Part shown: positions 11,571-21,646 of the stretch, in pieces
Numbering within the stretch: position 1 is the stretch's first letter
How the letters are laid out: the number at the start of each line of letters is the position of its first letter
Assembly: GCA_049999805.1 (NCBI GenBank)
Contig: JBNGIO010004662.1
Span: 1-37,525 of the forward strand
Direction of reading: 5' to 3'
Length of the DNA stretch: 37,525 nt
From: Folioceros fuciformis
Taxonomy: Eukaryota
The notes under the pieces: generated by a model
The model's database searches: none
Told to the model about the DNA's origin: nothing
What the model saw: the letters and a program-made list of their open reading frames with translations, nothing else
Made by a program: the position numbers and the translations under genes

Positions 11571-14500
11571 TTACTCCAGCCTCGCGTCATACTTCTCATT
11601 TCCAACCAAAAAGCTATGCACCATCCCGTCTTTGTCTGTCCACCAGCTCTGACCCGGCTGCTTCCAGGCCCTGAATCCTTTTCTCCATGCCTGCATCTGT
11701 TGAGCTTGCTCCCACATCTGGGCACTGGTGTAGATGTTCGACATCAACAAATATGCTGCAGAATCTCTCTTGTCCAGCTTCAGTGCCTCGTCGAAAGCGT
11801 GTCGTCCGACCTCCACGCTACTCCACTTTTGACAAGCGCCAAGGAGAGTATGCCAAACTGCCGCATTAGGCAGTACAGTCATTGTCTTCACTAAAGCTAG
11901 AGCCTCCTCCAGCTGTCCTGCACGACCCAGGAGATCTACCATGCATGTGCAGTGGTCCGCGGTGGGAGTGATGCCATATTGTTTGCTCATAACTTCAAAG
12001 TACTCTCGGCCCTCGTTCACGTGACCCGCATGACTACAAACTGTTAAGACACTGAGGAATGTGACTCCATCTGGCCGTATCCCATCCTCTCCCATTCTGT
12101 GGACCAAGTCAAAGACCACTTCACTGTCTCCTTGACAGGAGTAGCCTGCAATCAGTGCACTCCAGGTGAACACATCTCTTTTGGGAAGCGTGTCAAACAC
12201 CTGTTGTGCATCAACCATACTCCCAGACTTCCCGTACATGTTGATCAAACTGCCGGCTACAGACATATTCGCTTGATGCCCTTGTTCTACAATGTGCGCA
12301 TGTAGCTGCCTGCCCACATACAAAGCTGCCACATTCGCACAAGCCTGGAGGAGGCACACAAATGTCACGGAATCAGGTATGGCCATGTCTTCTTGCATGG
12401 CAGCGTAAAGACGAAGTGCTTCCTGGCCCATGCCCTGCTGGGAATATCCAGCTATCATGGCGTTCCATGTGACGACATTTTTCCGACCAAGTCCATCAAA
12501 CACTCTCTGCGCGTCACCCAAGCTGCCACACTTGGCATACATGTTTACCAAACTGCTGGCTACAAACCTATCAGATTCATATCCTTGTTCTCTAATCTGT
12601 AAGTGAAGATCCCTCCCCTTCTCCAATGCCAGAGTGCCGACACTTGCGCATGCCTGCAGGAGGCACACCATTGTCACAGAATCGGGTACGAGAGTGCCCT
12701 CGTCTTGCATGGCACTGTAGATGCGAAGGGCTTCCTGGCCCATGCCCTGCTGAGAATATCCTGCTATCATGGCATTCCACGTTACCACATCTTTATCACC
12801 AAGACCATCAAAAACTCTCTGCGCGTCTTCCAGGCTGCCACATTTTGCATACATGTTCACCAAGCTGCTGGCTACAAACACACTACCTGCATAGCCTCGT
12901 TCCTTGATCTGGGAATGGAGCTGCCTTCCCTTCTCCAAAGCCGGGGCACCCATGGTTGCACATGCTTGCAACAGGCACACAAATGTCACGGAGTCGGGCA
13001 AAGGAAAGCCTTCTTCTTGCATAGCCGCATAGAGACGAAGGCCTTGCTGGCCCATGCCCTTCTGGGAGTATCCTGCAATCAAGGCATTCCATGTCACCAC
13101 ATCTTTGTGACCAAGTCCGTCAAACACTCTCTGAGCATCCTCCATACTGCCACACTTTGCATACATGTTGACCAAGCTGTTGGCTACAAACACGTCAGCT
13201 TGGTGTCCATGTTCTCGAATTTGCGCATGAAGATGCTTCCCCTTCTCAAGAGCTGGGGGGCCCACACTTGCACATGCCTGCAGCAGACACACGAATGTCA
13301 GGGACCCAGGAACAACCATGCCTTCTTCTTGCATAGAAAAATACAGATGAAGAGCTTCTTGCCCCCTGTCCTGCTGCGTATATCCTGCTATTAAAGCATT
13401 CCAAGTCACATCATCTTTCTTTCCAAGCTCATCGAACACTCTCTGCGCATCTTTTAGGCTGCCACATTTTGCGTACATGTTCACCAAACTGTTGCCTACG
13501 AACGCATCGGCCTGGTGACCTTGTTCTGTAATCTGGTCGTGCAGCTCTTTTCCCTTCTCAAATGCTGGGATACCCACATTTGCACATGCCTGCAGAAGGC
13601 ACACAAATGTAACGGAATCGGGTACAACTTTACCTTCTTCTTGCATAGCACTATACAGACGAAGCGCTTCCTGCCCCTTCCCCTCCTGAGCAAACCCTGC
13701 TAGCAGAGCAGTCCACGTCACCACATCTTTCTGACCAAGTCCGTCAAACACTCTCTGAGCGCCTTCCAGATTCCCACACTTTGCGTACATGTCCACCAGG
13801 CAGTTAGAGACGAACAAATCAGGATCAACTCCACTAGCCAACACATCAGCATGCACCTCCTGCCCAGTCCTCAAGTCTGCTCCCCTTGCACAAGCCTGAA
13901 GGGCTGCCACGAAGACATGGCAATCTGGCTTCACACTGGACCTCCGCATTCGCCGATACAGTTCTATAGCCTGCTTATCCAGCCCTTGCTTAACGTGCGC
14001 AGATATAATGGAAACCCACATGAACGAATCTGGTTCAGCCACCCCTTCGAACACATGCACAGCGTCCTGCAACCGGCCAAGGGAAGCATACATTCGCAGG
14101 ACGTGGTTGCACAGAAACGTGTCCGCTCCATACCCATTCTCCACCACGAAACCATGCACGCGACTACCCATAATCAGATCCTTCTCCTCCACACATTTTT
14201 TCAGCAAAGCGTAAAGCAGAGACTTGGAAACACAACAGTCCCTCTCCACCAATACGTCCATAGCTGCAACAGCGTCACTCAGATGGCCGTCATGACATAG
14301 CCTTCTCACGATTTCAGCCGTTACGACCCTCTCGCCGACTACAAGCTTTCGAGCGTTAGGTGCAACTTGTAAGTCAGTGGCACAGCTACTCCTCCCCATA
14401 TCCGGGGCAGCTAGCAGCTGCCCATCCACCCAAGCTGGCTTGCGGCCCTTGTTCAACCAATAGACCTCCTGGGACTGCCTCCACCCGAACCTCTCAGGCG

Positions 14501-14792
14501 AACGGATGCCTTTATTATCTTGCCTGGTACCCATTAGGCCCGACATGCTCTCCTGGCCACGACCTTGGCTGCGCGATCCGTCTCCAGCAAGGCATCCTCT
14601 TGGACAGGCTGTCTTCCTTTCGGAGGTGCTGCCTCTCCTGACTTGGATGTACCCAACGGTTGCCTCCTCCCAGCCAAGCGAAAGGAAGCTCTTCCCAGAC
14701 AACCCGTATAACCACGGCTCATGTCTTGCGGAAGCAACCCGGGTGGAGAGTCGGTCTTGGCGAGCTGTTAGGTCTGCAAGCGAACCATCCAT
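11571..14792 (-). CDS. PLS-class PPR protein (~24 PPR motifs, E1, E2, PG box with WW, no DYW deaminase domain); organellar RNA-editing specificity factor
   Basis: Repeated S (NSLVNMYAKCGS..DAQRVFD), P (VVTWNAxIAGY) and L (SVTFVCLLQACA) motifs; P2-L2-S2 (DGVTFLSVLTVCSHAG; CMVDLLGRAG); E1 (AVWHTLLGAC); E2 (AAYLLMSNIY); ends KQPGQSWWTDKDGMVHSFLVGNEKYDARLE*. Start uncertain: in-frame ATGs include 14792, 14546 and 14399. Confidence 0.93.
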   Translation of the reverse strand: MDGSLADLTARQDRLSTRVASARHEPWLYGLSGKSFLSLGWEEATVGYIQVRRGSTSERKTACPRGCLAGDGSRSQGRGQESMSGLMGTRQDNKGIRSPERFGWRQSQEVYWLNKGRKPAWVDGQLLAAPDMGRSSCATDLQVAPNARKLVVGERVVTAEIVRRLCHDGHLSDAVAAMDVLVERDCCVSKSLLYALLKKCVEEKDLIMGSRVHGFVVENGYGADTFLCNHVLRMYASLGRLQDAVHVFEGVAEPDSFMWVSIISAHVKQGLDKQAIELYRRMRRSSVKPDCHVFVAALQACARGADLRTGQEVHADVLASGVDPDLFVSNCLVDMYAKCGNLEGAQRVFDGLGQKDVVTWTALLAGFAQEGKGQEALRLYSAMQEEGKVVPDSVTFVCLLQACANVGIPAFEKGKELHDQITEQGHQADAFVGNSLVNMYAKCGSLKDAQRVFDELGKKDDVTWNALIAGYTQQDRGQEALHLYFSMQEEGMVVPGSLTFVCLLQACASVGPPALEKGKHLHAQIREHGHQADVFVANSLVNMYAKCGSMEDAQRVFDGLGHKDVVTWNALIAGYSQKGMGQQGLRLYAAMQEEGFPLPDSVTFVCLLQACATMGAPALEKGRQLHSQIKERGYAGSVFVASSLVNMYAKCGSLEDAQRVFDGLGDKDVVTWNAMIAGYSQQGMGQEALRIYSAMQDEGTLVPDSVTMVCLLQACASVGTLALEKGRDLHLQIREQGYESDRFVASSLVNMYAKCGSLGDAQRVFDGLGRKNVVTWNAMIAGYSQQGMGQEALRLYAAMQEDMAIPDSVTFVCLLQACANVAALYVGRQLHAHIVEQGHQANMSVAGSLINMYGKSGSMVDAQQVFDTLPKRDVFTWSALIAGYSCQGDSEVVFDLVHRMGEDGIRPDGVTFLSVLTVCSHAGHVNEGREYFEVMSKQYGITPTADHCTCMVDLLGRAGQLEEALALVKTMTVLPNAAVWHTLLGACQKWSSVEVGRHAFDEALKLDKRDSAAYLLMSNIYTSAQMWEQAQQMQAWRKGFRAWKQPGQSWWTDKDGMVHSFLVGNEKYDARLE
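12180..13810 (-). repeat. 312-bp internal tandem repeats (PLS triplets) of the PPR gene
   Basis: CCAAG..C.TC.AA.ACTCTCTG recurs at 12487, 12799, 13111, 13423 and 13735 (period 312 = 104 codons). Confidence 0.9.
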
Positions 14793-14822
14793 GGAAGCGT
14801 GAAGGGGAGGATCCGCGATACC

Positions 14823-15308
14823 ATGGGGCCGCACCCGCCGCAGTCGTCGCCTCACGCATCGCTGGCGGTGCTGGTAGCGAAGCGGGAGAAGCTGCAGGAG
14901 GAGCTGCGGGCAGTGGAAAAGCAGGTGTTTGATCTGGAGACCAGCTACCTCCTGGACTCGTCGCATTTGGGCAACGTACTCAAAGGCTTCGACGGATTTC
15001 TCTCATCGACTAAGGCCTCCGCCAACCTGAAGCGCAACCGGAAGTTCCAGGCGGAAGATCGTCTCTTCTCGCTCTCCTCGGTCACGGCACCCACAGGAGA
15101 GGAGTATCTGGGAGGTCGAGGGGACGGGGCTTTGGCGGACGGGCTTCCACGGAGCAAGTCTGCCAGCCTGCAGTCAGTGTCGAGCCTTGGGAAGCAGAAG
15201 CGTGGAAGGACTGCCGGGCCCCGTGATGGCAAGCGCATGAAGCAGGCAAATGAGCTGGATCTGGAGGACGATGACGTTGGGGAGCCTATGACACGGCAGC
15301 TTGGGTGA
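14823..15308 (+). CDS. EAF6: Chromatin modification-related protein EAF6/MEAF6 (NuA4 HAT subunit), 161 aa, single exon
   Basis: KREKLQEELRAVEKQVFDLETSYL...GNVLKGFDGFLSS...KRNRKFQAEDRLFSLSSVT is the NuA4/EAF6 family signature; ATG at 14823. Confidence 0.93.
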   Translation: MGPHPPQSSPHASLAVLVAKREKLQEELRAVEKQVFDLETSYLLDSSHLGNVLKGFDGFLSSTKASANLKRNRKFQAEDRLFSLSSVTAPTGEEYLGGRGDGALADGLPRSKSASLQSVSSLGKQKRGRTAGPRDGKRMKQANELDLEDDDVGEPMTRQLG

Positions 15309-15437
15309 TGGAACTGCCCACTTGAAGTGAAGATATGCGGTCTAAGTGTTGAGCAGATTGGGAGTTCGTTCAGGTTGCCGCAGAGGTTTCTTCTTCGGCA
15401 AAGGTTTGCGTTTGCGTTTTTCTTTAGGGGCAGAAGC

Positions 15438-15941
15438 ATGATCAGGCCTCGCTCGGTTCTGAGAAAGGTGGTCAACTATGTTCGGCATGATCTCCGTGAG
15501 ATTGTGTTCCCTTCTTCACTGCCTGACCCGCCTGAAAGGCAAGCGAAGCTCAAGAGGAAGCTCACTTGGAAGGAGCATCTGTGGGTGTGGAGGATGAGCG
15601 TTAAGCTGTATGCGGAGTCATGGAGGGGTGACTCTTTAAGTTTTCTGGACGATGAAAAGGACAAACAAAAGGGCAAGGAGAAGGGGCAAGAAGAGATGGA
15701 GGATGCCAAAAGGGAACCTACGGTGGTGGAGGAGGTAGTATTAGCAGCTAGACTTGGGGCAGAGAATGTGAAGCCCGCACTGCAACGTATATATCTGACC
15801 AGAGCAAAAGCTTACAAGGATGCTTTAGGTAGTTTTGTTCAGGGCTATCAAGAGGGAGTAGCAGAGGTGATGGGTGAGAAGGATCCCAAGGTGGAGGCTC
15901 AGAGGACTACCCGTTGGGAAAATCCTCAGAACAGCAAGTGA
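15438..15941 (+). CDS. EMB2735: EMBRYO DEFECTIVE 2735-like conserved plant protein, 167 aa
   Basis: YVRHDLREIVFPSSLPDPP...RKLTW...LYAESW...AARLGAENVKPALQRIYLTRAKAYKDALGSFVQGYQEG matches the recalled Arabidopsis EMB2735 motifs; ATG at 15438. Confidence 0.82.
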   Translation: MIRPRSVLRKVVNYVRHDLREIVFPSSLPDPPERQAKLKRKLTWKEHLWVWRMSVKLYAESWRGDSLSFLDDEKDKQKGKEKGQEEMEDAKREPTVVEEVVLAARLGAENVKPALQRIYLTRAKAYKDALGSFVQGYQEGVAEVMGEKDPKVEAQRTTRWENPQNSK

Positions 15942-16767
15942 GCCACAGTAGCTTGGAAAGTCATGTTCCGACATCGGGTCTCTTTTGCATACACATTGAC
16001 ATGTTATCATATTACATAGGTCTTCTTGTAACGTCCAGATATCTGTGCCCCAATCTTACTTCTCTCTACGTTAACTGTGATCGTTGAGTTCCCTTCAGAA
16101 GTTTTGCTCTCAGCTATGTTTGCGATTCTGGTGCAATCGGCGGGCAGAGAAAGCATGGCTCGACAGGTGTAGCATGACCTATGTGAGTATACGTGTGGGC
16201 TAATCTCTGCACGTCTGAAAAGAGGGCGGTTGCTTGGATGGAACCATACCTGGCCATCCAGCTGTCTGCACTAATCAGATCGCACTCTGGGTGGACACCG
16301 TTTCCTAGTCGAGTGGTGGTTGTCTTATCGAAAATGGCGCGTTGTGGGGCCGGTGAACCAACCCTGCCGACAGGCTCACACTACATGTGTCATCTGGACA
16401 CGGCGTCTCATCCAATGAATGAAAATACGGCGATCTTTCTGAAAAGCGTTCACAGGGGCCTAGACTAATTTGAAGTACGTAATATGGCTACAGTCGAAGC
16501 CTGTGATCCGGGAAGATGGCTCGTCGGAACATCAGAACTCGAATCCGCTGAAAGGGGGAAAAAACCCGTCGTCTGCCAGGCAAGGAAGGGTGATATGGCT
16601 CTCCGGTATTCGGTTCCAGAATTTCGGAAATGCAATAACTGCACTCTGCAATATCTAACCTCTATTAAAGTCTACCTTCTGATCATATGTCCAACACACA
16701 AAAGCTGGTAGTACGTAGAAAGGTCTTCGGAGAACAGAAACAATCGTGCATCAGGATTGCAGTAACA

Positions 16768-18444
16768 TCAGACGATGCCACAGCAGAGTGAGACGCCTCT
16801 CGTTCTGCCCCAATCATCTCTCCCTAGAATAAACCAGCGGATGGCTAGGTGCCCGGCTGCATGGGTCATGAAAGATACCAACAACATCCCGGCCGCGACC
16901 ATCAACGCTACCCGTGGTAGAATAGCAGTTACATCACAAAAGTGAGGCAGGGCAGGTATCAAAATCGCAAGTCCTGCCATCCCCAGTTCATACAACGCTG
17001 TCTCCAAATCCCAAAATGCTGGATCCTCCTTCCCTCCACGGCCTTTGGAGAAGCTCTTATCATGCGAGAGTTCAGACGAGCTGGGGGCCATGGAAGCCCC
17101 CGTCCTCCTGCCCAGCAAATAGATAGCGTCCAAGTATGTTCCAAACATTACGAGGAACGAAAAGAAGGTCCACTCATAAACTAAAATCACGCCTGTCCAT
17201 GGAGTCACCTGGAACGGCACAATCACAAATGCAAATCCTAATGACAGAAGAGCTATAGCGAAGCACGCACACACAGACCAGAAAACCAGGAATGGCGGCA
17301 ATCTGTTGTTTCCGGATCCTGACACCCCAGCACTGATTCCATGTGCAGGGGACACACTCAGGGAGCTGTAGATTGGGCTGCTGCCAGAGCAGCACTTGTG
17401 CCACACCTGACGGCAAAATCCCAACCACGCTCCGTTGCACATCCCCCTCAAGGCCCGAAGGAGCAACTTCCGATAGCCTACAGCTAGCAGGAAGATCGGA
17501 AGATACGTGAGGACAATAACAATGAGGCCATTTCGATAGGTGGACCCACCTCCAACTCCAGGCACACTCTCTTCCAGGCTCAACCGGATCTTGTGCCACT
17601 GATCAACGGGCTTCAGAAGCCAGGCGGTCCACCAGTCCCAAGGCTTCAGGGGGCCCAAAGTGTAGTGCAACACTTTCAGCTCCTTCTCGTCGAACATCCA
17701 CTTGTTGCCCATCACATACAAACCGACGTCCCCGTTATAATAGGTAGACAACCGCTCCATATCCGGGCGAGGCTCTCTTGCCTCACGAGCCTCGGCAGAG
17801 AGCTTCGGGTCGAACAACTTGGCGTTCGGAAACTCCGCAAAGTAAGAGTTCAGGAAACCCTGATCTCCCCCGGTGTAGGAATACAGCTGCGGCACTTTAG
17901 CGAGCATATCGTCGAACAGAACAGTGGAAGGCTCCACTACCATAACTCCAGAATTCAGCCTCTCCGAATGCTTCAAGTTGGCACAAAACGAGGAGCACTG
18001 AAACAACTCCTCGATAGGTTGGACCACAATGGTGTCAGCATCCAAATACACCACCTTCTTGTACTGGGTCATATTGAACACATAGAGCTTCGTGTACACT
18101 CCCCAGAACCTGGCTGGCCGCTTGTCTTCAGCGTTGGGATTTTCCAGCAAGCTGATGCGCTCCACTATCCACCCATCCGCCGACAGCGTCTCCACAGACT
18201 CCTCTGATACACCCCGTGACACCAGCACCACCATGTCGTTCCTGGCCCCCACATCTCGCAGCGACTTTCCCAGCACCCGCGCGCCCAGGACAAACTCATC
18301 GCCAAAGAGAAGGGTAGCATAAGCCTCTGCAGATCTTTGCAGCACAGCGCGTCGGCCGTTGGACGCATTCACAGCAGTTGTCAGGAGCAACAACACCAGC
18401 AAAGCAGCCGCACCCGTCCGGCAAGCAGCATCTTGCGGCGCCAT
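16768..18444 (-). CDS. IPUT1: Inositol phosphorylceramide glucuronosyltransferase 1 (GT8, PGSIP6), 558 aa, single exon
   Basis: Hydrophobic signal/anchor, then EAYATLLFGDEFVLGARVLGKS, RFWGVYTKL, YLDADT (DxD), FCANLKHSERLNSGVMV, YTGGDQGFLN, HYTLGPLKPWDWW and C-terminal TM helices. First ATG at 18444. Confidence 0.92.
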   Translation of the reverse strand: MAPQDAACRTGAAALLVLLLLTTAVNASNGRRAVLQRSAEAYATLLFGDEFVLGARVLGKSLRDVGARNDMVVLVSRGVSEESVETLSADGWIVERISLLENPNAEDKRPARFWGVYTKLYVFNMTQYKKVVYLDADTIVVQPIEELFQCSSFCANLKHSERLNSGVMVVEPSTVLFDDMLAKVPQLYSYTGGDQGFLNSYFAEFPNAKLFDPKLSAEAREAREPRPDMERLSTYYNGDVGLYVMGNKWMFDEKELKVLHYTLGPLKPWDWWTAWLLKPVDQWHKIRLSLEESVPGVGGGSTYRNGLIVIVLTYLPIFLLAVGYRKLLLRALRGMCNGAWLGFCRQVWHKCCSGSSPIYSSLSVSPAHGISAGVSGSGNNRLPPFLVFWSVCACFAIALLSLGFAFVIVPFQVTPWTGVILVYEWTFFSFLVMFGTYLDAIYLLGRRTGASMAPSSSELSHDKSFSKGRGGKEDPAFWDLETALYELGMAGLAILIPALPHFCDVTAILPRVALMVAAGMLLVSFMTHAAGHLAIRWFILGRDDWGRTRGVSLCCGIV

Positions 18445-18978
18445 GGACTCCTCCAGGATCAATACATTCTTCCCTCCCACCGCATCGCCTTGAGACGGTC
18501 GTGAACCCGGCAGACGATGAATCCCAATAAGACAGGACAAAGTCCCAGCCAAGCCAAGCTAGGCTCAGACGCCGAGCCTCGCCGCACAAAGAAGTAGACT
18601 GTTGACAAAAAATCACATTTCGATGTTTACCGTAGATATCTTAACACCCCACACTTGCAGGCTACATGCCTCCAACGGGTCCCAGAAATAACCATTTTCG
18701 CTCAGACTTCCATATCTTCATCCACCAACCCGATGACTAGACGACAGAATTATTCGACAAAGCATGCTACAGATCCCTCCTGCCCTTCGCGCAAGGCGCA
18801 TGATACATGACCACAGCGTGGAGTAGTTGCCACCGCAGTCTCTTTCAGTCAACGACCAGCTATCTACAGCCTCAGCGACCCACGGCCTGAGGAAAAAAAA
18901 TTGCCGACTATGCTCTCTGAATAAGATACATCTGTTTGGCCAAATATGAATGTCCACTACCGAAGGACGATCTTTATG

Positions 18979-19715
18979 TCAACCTGTGCTCTTCACCTCG
19001 GCTGTGCTCCTCACCTGACCTATCCTCTTGATATCCAGCAGCGATTTCCACACTCTCTCAGGCACGTCCTTGAGGTACCTCCACTCTCGCTTGTGAACTC
19101 CACCTATCCTTTGAGCCTTTCCCGCAGCGACGCCTGCGAACGAAACGAACGGCAACTCATATCGGACACAGTAGTAAAATCATCCCTGACAAAGCACAAG
19201 AAAACGCAAGGTGCGGTCACCTGCATCGTGAAAAACTCCCCAAGCCGAACCATGCCGACTATCCTGTCACCAAAAAAGCCTACAGACTGTCATACCAGCA
19301 GCGGGGTAAGCTAACAAAACAGAGGAGAACTTGCCACGCAGAAAGCTAGAGCAACCTTATTCAATTTGATGTCCGTGATCTTGTAAAAGGTGTCCGCACG
19401 CCAGTGCTTCTTAGCCATTTTGGCGCCGACGCCCCAGCCCGGCAGAAATTGCGCCACCTCAAACAGATTCCTGCCTTTGTACACCCGCCTTTTCACAGCG
19501 GCTGCATCCGTCACCACGGCGGAGTCGGGAGGCGTTGCCCCGCCATCCTTCCTCCGCACAGCTTTGGTGGCCAAAGCACGCAAACCACATTCCTGGGCAC
19601 GATAACCAGATGCGTCCAGACCGACGCCGCTGGACCTACATGACGAGGAGGAAGAGAGGACAAGCCTCCGCATCGCCGAAGAAGCGGAGCCTGATCCAGT
19701 AGGCCCAAACGCCAT
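18979..19715 (-). CDS. MRPS34: Mitochondrial ribosomal protein S34 (mS34), ~185 aa; exons 19715-19356, 19263-19221, 19133-18979
   Basis: Ser/Arg-rich presequence; NLFEVAQFLPGWGVGAKMAKKHW...YKITDIKLNK|DSRHGSAWGVFHDAG|...QRIGGVHKREWRY. GT-AG introns 19355-19264 and 19220-19134 are phase-consistent. Confidence 0.85.
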
Positions 19716-20049
19716 AGCCAGGGATCTCACGCCCGATCCCGATCCTGCTGCTGCGCCATCTAAACCTCGCTCGCGGCGTGCTCCTTGTAACGCGATCCGA
19801 TTAGTTCAAAGCCCTAGCACTAAACTTGACCAGGGGTTTTTGCGCTGATCGAAAGGGCACTTTTTAGACCTGGCGGAGCGTGCCGTGTCATCGATTATGC
19901 TGTAGACAGCAGGAAGGTTTATCCACGGGGTGCCCAGCTTTTCGATTCGAGGATGAGGAAGTGAGGAAGGAAGGGAGAAAGCAAGGCCCCAGCAGCTGAG
20001 CTTTCATCATCCGATTCCTGCGGGGCAACCTGAATTCCTGAGGGAAGGC

Positions 20050-21123
20050 ATGGCCTCCACATCTGTTGCTGCGCCCTGCTGCAGCTGGCAGTCTAGTTGC
20101 GGTAGCCAGCATCGGGCCGGGGTGATGGACAGAGGAGGCATGCGGGGGAAGCCAGCCATCTCCAGGCTGGGAATGTCACTTCGTTGCGCTGGTGACGCAC
20201 ATTCGTGCCATTTGCGAAGCCAGCAGCCGCATCGGATGGTGATTTTTGACAGACTTACGTGAGGATTGGATCGCTGGAGTTTGACTGGCGTTGGTTCGTG
20301 TCATTGTCGCAGCATTGCCGGACAAGGAAGCGGCAAGCTCCAGCAGCAACCAGAGCTCCGGATTCGCGACGCTGCGGAATTTGGCTTGTGGACTGTGCGC
20401 TGCTATCACTGTCTCAACGGCATTCCCCTCGCTGGGCGACACCTCTTATGTATAGTTGCTTGGCCTAAGCAATGCTAGCGCTAAGGTGGGTTTGTAGGAG
20501 GCATTCGGTTTTTGTTGTACTGACTCTGCTCTGCTGGGTTGTGGTTGGGTGAAGATAAGGCTGCCGCCACTGTCTAAGGATCCCACACGATGTGAAAAGG
20601 CATTCGTTGGCAACACAATCGGTCAGGCCAATGGAGTTGCGGACAAATTATTGGATCTGCGATTTTGTGACTATTCGAACGACAAGACAAATCTCAAGGG
20701 AAAGACTTTGTCAGCAGCGCTCATGGCCGATGCCAAATTCGATGGAGCGGATCTGTCTGAAGTCATCATGTCCAAGGCGTATGCAGTGGGTGCCAGCTTC
20801 ATCGGTTGGTGCCCCGCGCTCTGTTTCCAATTACGATTGGCGGACTCTCGTGTTATGCCGTTAGGTCTGAAAACATCGTGTTTGTTTCTCCAGGGGCAGA
20901 TTTTACAAACGCCGTTGTGGACAGGGTGGTCTTTGACAATGCCGATATGAGAAATGTGAAATTCATCAATACGGTCTTGTCGGGCTCAACTTTTGAAGGT
21001 GCAAATCTGGAAGGAGCAGATTTCGAAGATGCTCTCATCGGATATGTGGATATCCAGAAGCTATGTAGGAACCCGACACTACCTGAGGACGGCAGGGATC
21101 TGTTAGGGTGCAAACGACGTTAG
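20050..21123 (+). CDS. TL17: Thylakoid lumenal 17.4 kDa pentapeptide-repeat protein, ~252 aa; exons 20050-20191, 20313-20449, 20555-20804, 20894-21123
   Basis: RLPPLSKDPTRCEKAFVGNTIGQANGVADKLLDLRFCDY...AKFDGADLSEVIMSKAYAVGASF|GADFTNAVVDRV...LCRNPTL...LGC; bipartite transit peptide; three phase-consistent GT-AG introns. The first two exons are less certain. Confidence 0.9.
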
Positions 21124-21646
21124 TTTTGCGTCCGCAGAGCACGGCTGCTGTCAGTCATTTATGCATTTGTAGAGTTTCACGTGATAAACGCCACGAGCCA
21201 CATGGATTGCATAAAGCTCTTGGCTTTATTAGCTCTCACGCATATTCATCAGGTCAGCATCAAGTGTACAATGGTACCACAAGCTGGTACTCCTGAAACT
21301 CGTATGACCCCAATCAATAAGGCCATAGGCATTGAATCATTGACTAAATAACCAGTACTGACTTGCATCTCTCGCTATGGGACTTGACCAAAGGCTAACA
21401 ATTAGACCTGATAGTTCAAAATTTCGATTCAGCCCCAAAAGAGAACAGAGAGATGACCGTAAGTTAGCATTCTGTGTTTCAACATATGAAACGAGCTACA
21501 ACAATCAGACTTGTCTTTCCAAGTACCCCCTAACTACATTATATGACATAGCCTTCCTGGTTTTGATGAGTCTGATCATCCTCAAACCTTGAAAGCAGCC
21601 AAAGGCAAATTTTTTACATGGGCCATGCCGTTTGTTAACACTGCGA

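Noticed and set aside
14793-14966. N-terminal 58 aa of the 1131-aa PPR ORF as real protein
   Set aside because: It has no ATG start and is the antisense shadow of the EAF6 coding sequence.
16000-16760. Short ORFs between EMB2735 and IPUT1
   Set aside because: No motifs; convergent 3' UTR region.
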